Shown here: piece by piece, positions 54,680 through 64,000 of the stretch
How the letters are laid out: every line of letters begins with the position of its first letter
How positions within the stretch are numbered: the stretch's first letter is position 1
Assembly: GCA_951406725.2 (NCBI GenBank)
Contig: OX597830.1
Location: forward strand, 60,140,001-60,204,000
Source: Octopus vulgaris
Taxonomy: Eukaryota
Direction: 5' to 3'
Length of the DNA: 64,000 nt
Made by a program: the position numbers and the translations under genes
The notes under the pieces: model-generated
Database searches by the model: none
What the model saw: the letters and a program-made list of their open reading frames with translations, nothing else
Told to the model about the DNA's origin: nothing

Positions 54680-55097
54680 ACTTACTTACTTGTACTTGTG
54701 GCGACATTCACCTAGGGCGAGTTGAGTCGGCTTCTTCCACCACCCTCGAGGCATTGTATTCGCCATTGAGAATTCATGGAAGAAGTTTCGTGGGAATATG
54801 TGGATTTGACAAGCGGTCCCCAACAATCCTGCATGTAGAGACATCCTGTTTGCCGCAGATTGTCCGCAGACGCAGGGACAGAACGACCGAGGAGCCGCCG
54901 GTTGCCGAAGCAGACACTCTGAGGATTTTCACCAGAGTCCCGTCTGCCGGATTGTGGCCCTAATACCACACGGTGTCAGACCAATCCGCCTTGGGTGGCC
55001 CTACAAGGAACCGAAGTTCCCGACGGCATAGCTCTGACACTACCCGTTGCCAGCGTCCCCACCACGGCGAGGAGGGGATGGACTTTGGGGACGCACA
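54680..55097 (-). mobile_element. Longer copy of the 27218 retroposon-like repeat
   Basis: cttacttacttgtacttgtggcgacattcac = RC of the 27218 tail. Confidence 0.75.
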
Positions 55098-55224
55098 TTG
55101 AAATATAGATGACACATGAAATATTGTTGACATGAAGAGTGATTATGTGTCACGAAAAAATACATACCGATTTTTGCTTTTTTATAAGACATTCTAACAT
55201 AAGGCATTAAAAGACATTGGACTC

Positions 55225-55537
55225 CGTTCGTTTACGACGACGACGGTTTCAGTTGATCCGATCAACGTAACAGCCTGCTCGTGAATTTAGCGTGCATGCG
55301 GTTGAGCACTCCACAGACACTTGCACCCTTAATATAGTTCTTAGGGAGATTCAGTGTGACACAATGTGACAAGGCCGGGCCTTGGAAATACAGGTACAAC
55401 TCATTTTTGCCAGTTGAGTGGACCGGAGCAACGAGAAATAAAGTGTCTTGTTTAAGGAAACAACGCACCGCTAAAATTCGAACTCATGACCTCACGATCG
55501 TGATCCGAATACCTTATCCTCTAAGTCACGTGCCTTC
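55225..55537 (-). mobile_element. SINE family C-related
   Basis: RC gaaggcacgtgacttagaggataagg...gagttcgaatt; body matches 43519-43775. Confidence 0.8.
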
Positions 55538-55854
55538 GTGATATTGTAAGATATGAAGAAATCATACATGATGCACACATATCAATACATGCCCATGCAC
55601 ACATGCACAAACACCATGCACTAAAGAGCCATGTCAACAGAGAACACAAGTACGGGTTCGTACACTTACATATTTGTACACACTAAGGTTTCCACATATT
55701 TACAAATCCCCAGGAACTGTCTGAACTCAAAATCCCTTCACTTTGTTAGTGATTGCCCTGAACTCCAGAAAAAAGAACTTAAATAAACCGAAGAGAAAGC
55801 ACATACACGCACGCACACACGTGGTGATATAGAGGATCTTCGTCGATGCCTCCA

Positions 55855-56679
55855 CCAAATTTGGAGATGGTCTAACGAATGGGACCTGTGTCTGAACGTG
55901 TCAAAGTGCTGTCATCTGCCTGTTGGCTCTCCTCCTGCAACTCAACTTGATTTCGAGCCGGGTCGTCTGCTGCTGCTGGAGAGGACCGATCAGGTAAAGG
56001 ACCTGGGTATCTTGGTGGATTCCTCATTTTCGCCTTCGGCCCAGTGTGTCCATGCTGCCAACAAAGCACGCGGAGTTCTGTTCTTGATTCGACTGTCATT
56101 CGGAATGCTCAAAGCAGCCATATTCCTACCGCTCTATGTCACGCTGGTGAGACCCGTATTGGAGTACGGGATTCAAGCCTCTTCTCCTTATCTCCTCAAA
56201 GACATACAGCATCTCGAAAGAGTCCAGGAGCTGGCTACCCGCATGGTTCTTGGTCTCAAGAATTTGTCTTATGAAGAAAGACTGAAGACGCTCGACCTTT
56301 ATTCTCTAGAAAAACGACGACGCCGTGGTGATCTCATTCTTGCTCACAACATCATAAGCGGAAAGTGTAACCTCTCGAAAGAGCTGTTCTTCACTCCTGC
56401 TCCAGAGCGTCGGCTGCGGGGTCATTCCGAAAAGCTCTATCTGCGACGATTTCATCTCAATCGAAGGAGAGGGGGCTTTCTCCGTCCGGGTTGCGGATCC
56501 GTGGAATAAGCTTCCGGACGAGATGGTGAAGATGCCGACGACCGCTCGGTTCAAAGTCTCCCTTGACCTCAAGTGGCCTGAACTCTTTACATGAACACCC
56601 TCCCTGTACTTAACTCTATGTCCCCCTACATGGCCTTGCTATTTGCTTTTGAGCCAAATAATTAACTAACGAACTAACA
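55855..56679 (+). mobile_element. CR1-group LINE 3' end with (AACT)n-like tail
   Basis: ORF 55898..56509: KDLGILVDS, LYVTLVRPVLEYG, YEERLKTLDLYSLEKRRRRGDLI, RLRGHSEKL; tail taactaacgaactaac. Confidence 0.9.
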
Positions 56680-57463
56680 TACACATATGTATGTTTGTTT
56701 GTATTTATGCATGCATGTATGTACGAATGTATGCAGAGCGGCTATTAGTACAAGAAATCTAATTATTATGACAGCGGAGTGGCAGAATCGTGAGATCGTG
56801 AGATCGTGAGAAAAATGATGCGTAGTATTCGTTCTGGCTTTGTACATTTCTGAGTTCAAATCCCACTGAAGTAGGTTTTGATTTTCACATTTTCGCGATC
56901 GATAAAATAGTTAATGGAATCAGTCGAATCAATTAATCTCCCCCAACAAATTTTTGGCCTTATGCCTAACGCTGAATACGATATCAGATGAAGAACTCTT
57001 GAAACATCAAAACAATATTGCAGACAAATAAAATGTCTGCACCGCACAAAGAAATATTATAAATATAGATATTTAAAAAAGAAAAACCACTCACCTTATG
57101 AATATTAAAAAAAAAACCGTGTATGGGCATCTACTAAATATCTCATTCCTGAACATCGGACAGTTGCACATATATTTGGTATTAATTTTCTTGAGAACTT
57201 TCTTCGTTCAATACCTTTGATAAACGACGCTTAAAGGCAGATTGAGTTGAGGTGCTCCAGCGTCAGTTTCATGTCGCAGTTCTGGCTTTTCAGTGCCTGA
57301 CATTGACGACAAATGATATAGAGTTAATGAGATTAATAACAAACTAGCTATTTACCTAGTTTAGCCTACAAGAACACAATTATTATGAAACAGTAGATTA
57401 TATTTTGCTTTGCCCCGGTTACCAAATAGTAAATCGAGAATAATGCAAACAGCAAAGGAGCAA

Positions 57464-57690
57464 GAGCTGGCAGAATCGTTAGCGCGCCGGGCGAGATGCT
57501 TAGTGGTATTTCGTCTGCCGTTAAGTTCTGAGTTCAAATTCCGCCGAGGTCGACTTTGCCTTTCATCCTTTCGGGGTCGATTAAATAAGTACCAGTTACG
57601 CACTGGGATCGGTGTAATCGACTTAATCCCTTTGTCTGTCCTTGTTTGTCCTCTTTATGTTTAGCCCCCTTGTGGGCAATAAAGAGATAA
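57464..57690 (+). mobile_element. SINE family A
   Basis: gagctggcagaatcgttagcgcgccgggcgag...gggcaataaagagata. Confidence 0.9.
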
Positions 57691-58514
57691 GAGTACGTCT
57701 TATTTGTTGTTTCTTGGAACATGAAGAATACCAGACAGCTTACAGTTCGACACACAGACACTCCAGTTATACGTTGTCTATGAGGTGAATATTCATAAGT
57801 CTATGGAGAGTGACGGTGAACCTCTTTAGTCTGGCGCGTTGTAATTTTAATTTCTTTAAGAAGTTGCGTGCACATATGTATTCTAATTTACATACATCCT
57901 CATTAAGTGGAGATTTTTACAAAGTCAGTCACATGTCAACCAAAATCTCGCGAAATGATGCTGCTGGCATGTGTAACCTAAGTCCGCCATCATTGGTCTA
58001 TTATTTGACCAGCCTTACTAGCAACGGAATGAAAAGGAAAAAAAATCACACTTTGCTTATTGAAGTAAAGTATCTTCCTCTTCTATAGAGATACAGGAAG
58101 TTGGCATTCTGTTATCGTCGCAAGATAACTTCAGATAAACATGTGTACATCGGCTGAATATTATGGCTAACTGAAAACCGCTATACTAATACTCTTCTAT
58201 ATACCACTATTTTTATACTGTGCATTTCTGACGAAGAGATATCAATAACTGACGTCATGTCATCCAGTGGACACTTTTCGGGCGAAATGACCTTCTTCAA
58301 TGAAAGAGAACTAACTACGTGATTGAAAACAGAGTCCAGCTGTAAGGTAAATAAATAATCAATGACCACAAATTTCGTAAAATATTTCTGATTGAAGTCA
58401 CCGTTAACACGTCCAGATCACCTCTTTAACAAAGATTATCTGGTGCTACTCTAGTGTGTGGTCTTCCGCGTTATCCGTTGTTCACGCCGTGAAATGACCT
58501 CATCTGGGTCTGAA

Positions 58515-58605
58515 TTAGGGCTAGGATTAGCGTCAAGGCTCAGGTTTACGGTTAGGATTTAGGGTCAGGGTTAAGGTTTAGGTTAGGGTTATAGTTAGAG
58601 TTGGA
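58515..58605 (+). repeat. Degenerate (TTAGGG)n-like tract
   Basis: ttagggctaggattagcgtcaaggctcaggtttacggttaggatttagggtcagggttaaggtttaggttagggttatagttagag. Confidence 0.7.
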
Positions 58606-59106
58606 GTGTATGCTAATGTGGAAATGACCAGGTAGACTGACTGCATGCTAAGGTGTCACCGATATTCTAACCGTTTACTGTTTAATAGCTGGTAATGACT
58701 TAGCTATTTATGAAATTAGCCAGTCCTTTATCTATATATATAGCCTACAGATTCCCATAGGGTCCATCCGCTCTCTACAACTCCCTTTTCTCTTTCAATC
58801 GCGTTCTCTTTAGACTTCAAAGCTGATTACGAAGCATTTTACGTGAAAGGAGATACACTTACCCATGACGGAGTTCGAGAGATCATTCGACACAGTCGCC
58901 AGTTTATTTTGGGATCTCTTACAGTAATATATATTTAGACTGGGAGAATGTACACACACACACACACACACACACATACACACACATACACACACATACA
59001 CACATATATATATACATAAACAGCCAGTCACACCTTACCTACACATATATGTGTTTACATGTTATGTATGTGTTTAAATATTTGCATCCATGTATATAGG
59101 TACGAG

Positions 59107-59229
<123 letters not shown>

Positions 59230-59284
59230 TTATCTATCTATCTATATATATATATATATATATCTATATCTATATCTATATCTA

Positions 59285-59324
<40 letters not shown>

Positions 59325-59950
59325 TATACATACACACATACATACATACATACATACATACATACATACATACATACATACATACATACATACATACATA
59401 CATACATGCATACATACATACATACATACGCACAAACAAACGCGGATATGATTCGAAGGTGTAAAAATATACAGAGAAAAAAAAATCTAAACGTATATGT
59501 TGCGTACATATATATTTGAGATGTGTTTTGTGACTATGCACGTGTTTACATAAATGTGTGTATGTACATATGTGTGTATATATATATATGTGTGTGTGTG
59601 CGCGTATCTGTGTATATACATATGTGATTGTATGTATGTAGTTACATGCCATATGTAAGAACATTGTATAAGTACACATGCACTATTCCTCAGCAATTTC
59701 CCACAGCATGATATCTATAGACTCTGCATGAACCATTTAACATATGGTTTATGTTTATTTACCACTTTTTATACGCACTCTATCCATATATATGTGTGTG
59801 TGTAAATATACAATTGAATTTGAGTGTATATAAATGTATACAAACACGCGCGCACGCTGGAACAGAAGCAGACACAGACACACGCGCTTACCTACCTATG
59901 CAAACATATATTCACATATGCATACATGCATACATTCATTGTATATGCGT

Positions 59951-59986
<36 letters not shown>

Positions 59987-60220
59987 ATGCGTACACACGT
60001 GCGCACACACTCGCGCACACATACGCATACATCGTGTGTAGGTGTAGTTTATACGCTTGCGTTGTGTGAACATAATCCCTGTGTCACAGTTCGGTGAGAG
60101 GCAGCGGAGAAAGAAGGACCCGATCCATTTCCAGCTGTTTAATGCTACGTTGTTTACGCACCTCCGAGCAACAATTATATATCCATATATACATACACAC
60201 GCACAAATATATTTATATAC

Positions 60221-60280
<60 letters not shown>

Positions 60281-60355
60281 ACATATATATGTATGTATAT
60301 ATATGTATATATATATATGTGTGTATATTATAAATATATGTATATATATGTATCT

Positions 60356-60400
<45 letters not shown>

Positions 60401-60479
60401 ACATATATATGTATGTATATATATATATATATATATATATACATGTGTGTATATTATAAATATATGTATATATGTATCT

Positions 60480-60511
<32 letters not shown>

Positions 60512-60539
60512 CATGTATGTACATATATATGTATGTATA

Positions 60540-60586
<47 letters not shown>

Positions 60587-60619
60587 GTGTGTATATTATA
60601 AATATATGTATATATGTAT

Positions 60620-60665
<46 letters not shown>

Positions 60666-60912
60666 GCAAGAATTTTTATGTGAAGTCGTGTGTTGAAACA
60701 GATATTGTTATATTTCGGAATGGTCATATTGCCAGTTTAGCCAATAAAAACACACGCACTATATATTTGGTGTTATTTTGCTTCAGTGTTATTTATTTTT
60801 TACATTAATCTTAATCTTATTTCGGCCAGAGTTCTTTCGTCACACTCCTGTGACCGCATCAGTGGTCCTTTGTTTTCTTCTTTCTTATTTGTGTCTCTCC
60901 TTACTAACCGTC

Positions 60913-61224
60913 AGAAATGTAGTCTATAGTATAAGATGCAGTAACAAGAAAACGACATACGTAGGGGAAACGGCAAGAAGCATAGGAGAGCGGGTAAATG
61001 AGCATTGGAGACAACTCAAGGAAGGTAAAAGCTCATCGATTCTGTACCAACACGCCGAACAGGAACACGGGGGATCAATCAATAACATAGAAATTAAAAT
61101 ATTGTCCACACATAGAACAGATGCAACAATTAGACACATTACAGAAGCTACACACATAATAGAAAATAAACCTAGCCTGAATAGAAAACTAGAATGGAGC
61201 ACTAGCACACACCACACCATATGA
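60913..61224 (+). CDS. GIY-YIG endonuclease domain (C-terminus of a truncated Penelope-like ORF)
   Basis: RNVVYSIRC...YVGETARSIGERVNEH...LYQHAEQEH...RHITEATHIIENKPSLNR: VVY/YVG motif with conserved R, H, E and N. Confidence 0.88.
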   Translation, partial: RNVVYSIRCSNKKTTYVGETARSIGERVNEHWRQLKEGKSSSILYQHAEQEHGGSINNIEIKILSTHRTDATIRHITEATHIIENKPSLNRKLEWSTSTHHTI

Positions 61225-61634
61225 CGATAGAGGATCCCGAAAACATAATAAATACACACATAAATAAACAAATAGAAATAAATAACTATATATATATATA
61301 TATATATTTTACGATTCGATTTATTATTATTATTACTAGTATTGTTGTTATACACACATACATACAAGCATATGCAATGATAATAATAAGTGGATGTAAA
61401 CACATGAACAAAATAAGAATAAACAAAAACAACAACAAAAACAAAATAGAAATTACATGAACGTATTTAAACAGAAGATACAAATATTACAGGCATCTCC
61501 CCACATACACACACTAAATAAACATAGACGCACATAGAGATATAAGCATGCGCAAATGAAAACATAGAATAGAAATACAAAATGGCTGACGGTTAGTAAG
61601 GAGAGACACAAATAAGAAAGAAGAAAACAAAGGA

Positions 61635-61674
61635 CCACTGATACGGTCACAGGAGTGTGACGAAAGAACTCTGG
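61635..61674 (+). ncRNA. Hammerhead-like motif in the Penelope pLTR (mirror copy 60826-60865, -)
   Basis: CCA-CUGAU(A/G)C-G-GUCAC-aggagu-GUGAC-GAAAGAACUC-UGG; core departs from CUGAUGA. Confidence 0.45.
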
Positions 61675-61790
61675 CCGAAATAAGATTAAGATTAATGTAA
61701 AAAATAAATAACACTGAAGCAAAATAACACCAAATATATAGTGCGTGTGTTTTTATTGGCTAAACTGGCAATATGACCATTCCGAAATAT

Positions 61791-61887
<97 letters not shown>

Positions 61888-61889
<2 letters not shown>

Positions 61890-62030
61890 CGCAGGAGTGG
61901 CTGTGTGGTAAGTAGCTTGCTTACCAACCACATGGTCCCGGGTTCAGTCCCTTGGACAACTGGCTTTTATTATAGCCTCGGGCCGACCAAAGTAGATTTG
62001 AGCAGATTTGGTAGAAACTGAAAGTCCGTC

Positions 62031-62117
<87 letters not shown>

Positions 62118-62272
62118 CTGTGTATATGTGTGTGTCGCTTGACAACCGAGACCGATATAATAAGTACTAGGCTTACAAAGAATAAGTCCTGGCGTCAATT
62201 CGTTCGACTAGAGGCGGTGCTCCAGCATGGCCGCAGTCAAATAAATGACTGAAACAAACAAAAGAATAAAAG
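61888..62272 (+). mobile_element. SINE family B with internal deletions
   Basis: aggcgcaggagtggctgtgtggtaag...gctccagcatggccgcagtcaa. Confidence 0.85.
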
Positions 62273-63283
62273 AACAAGAGCACTCAGAGAACGCAAACTT
62301 CTGCCAAGGCAACACCAACGCCCTCTCAACGATTAGTCAGAATTGATTTTTAAAATGTGAATATCTGAGATAAACTCGACTGCTCTCACAAACGAGAATA
62401 CTAAAAGTGAACCCGACCACTCTCAAAAGTTACGTAAAAGAAACCGAAAAAATAATCCAGAATCCTTGTCCGGTACCTGGTCGATCCCAATGGTAGTCAT
62501 GGAATGTGAAGGTGGGTATGCGGGCCATGTTTGTAACGCTGTGTGTGTGACGTCTGCAATGGGAACAGGGACAGTTTTCTCTATGTAGGCCGTTTTTAGT
62601 CTATCCAGATATTGTGTCTTTACGACCATTAAGCTGAAGAATTTATCCGTGTGTGAAAGAAAACGGAAAGGACCTACATTGTGCACGGAAACGTAAGTCC
62701 AAGAATTAAAACTTCCTTCAAGGCAGAGCTAGACATGCAATTGTCAAGTAGGTAAGAGATTTTAAACAGGAGCAATATTCTCAAAATTGGTAAAACTAAA
62801 AATTGTCGAGGATAAACTAAATTTATTATTGTTACTGAATAAATTAGTGTCATTTAATTTCTGAGCGGTTTCGCTGCCGTTTGTTTATGTTATCTGATTT
62901 CTTTATCGCTCGGTTTCTACTAAGATAGAGCCGCGAGTAAAATTAAGAATAGAGAAACGAAAATAAAACTTTGGAAACAGTAAAGCCGCCATAACTTACG
63001 TGGAAACCATAAGCGTGCTTTCAAGGGAGATAATCAGAGAAAGACTTGAAAGAACATAAGACTGTTATACTTCATGTAAAGTAAATATAACAAATAATCC
63101 AGAATCCTTGTCCGGTACCGGATTGATCCCAAAATCTAATTAGCTATTGCTAGTCACGAGGTCAAACATCCTTGACAGTTTCATCCGAGTCCATCCAGCA
63201 GTTCTTGAGATATCTTGTCCACGAACCAACAAACAACCACAACTGAAAACATTACCTCCGCCTTAGTGAAGGCGGAGGTAATA
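62273..63283 (+). mobile_element. Non-autonomous Helentron/DINE-like element
   Basis: 5' aacaagagcactcagagaacgcaaacttctgccaagg; 3' 14-bp-stem hairpin attacctccgcctt-agtg-aaggcggaggtaat (63251-63282) partly complementary to the 5' subterminal motif; inserted in A-rich context. Confidence 0.6.
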
Positions 63284-63299
63284 AAAGTATATATATTAT

Positions 63300-63338
<39 letters not shown>

Positions 63339-64000
63339 TGTTAAACAGAACGTCAAATGTATAGATCAGTTGCTTCGGAAATCTGCAATGGCTCCATAAC
63401 TACCGTCTCGTCTATAACCTTGGAACCCCAGTAATCCGATACAGCACTTACCTAGCGTACCTAATCGTTTAGATCACCTGTGAACTAAACCTCCATATTT
63501 TATGCATACTTTGCATATCGCTCTCTTTGTGGGTGACCCATTATGCCCCACCAAGTTTTGAAATTTCAAAATTTTAAAGTAGTTCAAATATGTTTATGTA
63601 TGTATGAAAGAAGCATTCAAAATTGTCTCCCAATCCATCAGAAGTGCTTATCAGAATCAGGAACTGCTTTTTGAGATTGTAAATCTATGTTAACTGTTGG
63701 TTTTTTTTTTGACAGTGTTTTCAAAATTTTGGCAAAATTGACCCATTATGTTCCACCCCAGCATACTAGAGAATACACAAACACACGTAATAATATGCAG
63801 TAGTAGATACTGATGAAAACAAAGGATATTTATACATTTTCAGAATTAGATTTAGTATCCATCGTTATGTTTGATATAAAGACATGTGCCAGAAAAGGGA
63901 TTCGAATGGTGTATTTGCTGACATCTGGTTCCTTGCATCATTGATCATTCACGGGTCAAAATTCATTTTCAGTATCTTACTACCTCTTTTATCTTTTACC

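Larger units (their letters stand above)
60702..61798 (+). mobile_element. 5'-truncated Penelope-like element with inverted pseudo-LTR
   Basis: 213-bp inverted repeats 60702-60914 / 61586-61798 (one mismatch seen) enclosing a GIY-YIG ORF; (TA)n nearby on both sides. Confidence 0.88.

Noticed and set aside
60778-60912. Hydrophobic N-terminus of the GIY-YIG ORF, resembling a signal or TM segment
   Set aside because: It is translation of the inverted pLTR (the same peptide appears in 61453..61722 minus); a chance in-frame fusion.

Overview
Eukaryotic, AT-rich, extremely repeat-dense non-genic (intergenic or intronic) DNA. The microsatellite load and the recurring tRNA-derived SINE families resemble octopus/coleoid cephalopod genomes; this taxon is an inference, not verified. 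No host protein-coding gene can be supported, and nearly all ORFs in the track are microsatellite translations. The recognisable content is transposon-derived: CR1-group LINEs (one with a long EN-RT ORF), a co-oriented pile of RLE-type (R4/Dong-like) retroelement 3' ends inside (TAA)n, a Tc1/mariner 3' fragment, hAT-like MITEs, Helitron/Helentron-like ends, more than 25 SINE copies, and a 5'-truncated Penelope-like element (GIY-YIG) with an inverted terminal repeat. The most notable signal is about 11 minimal hammerhead-ribozyme motifs, several with recurrent non-canonical cores (A6U, U3-A8, U4C). They sit in ~130-210 bp non-coding units, long palindromes and a Penelope terminal repeat, all within or beside (TA)n-type microsatellites. 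This suggests a Penelope-associated retrozyme-like system. Ribozyme activity is inferred from motif and pairing only.
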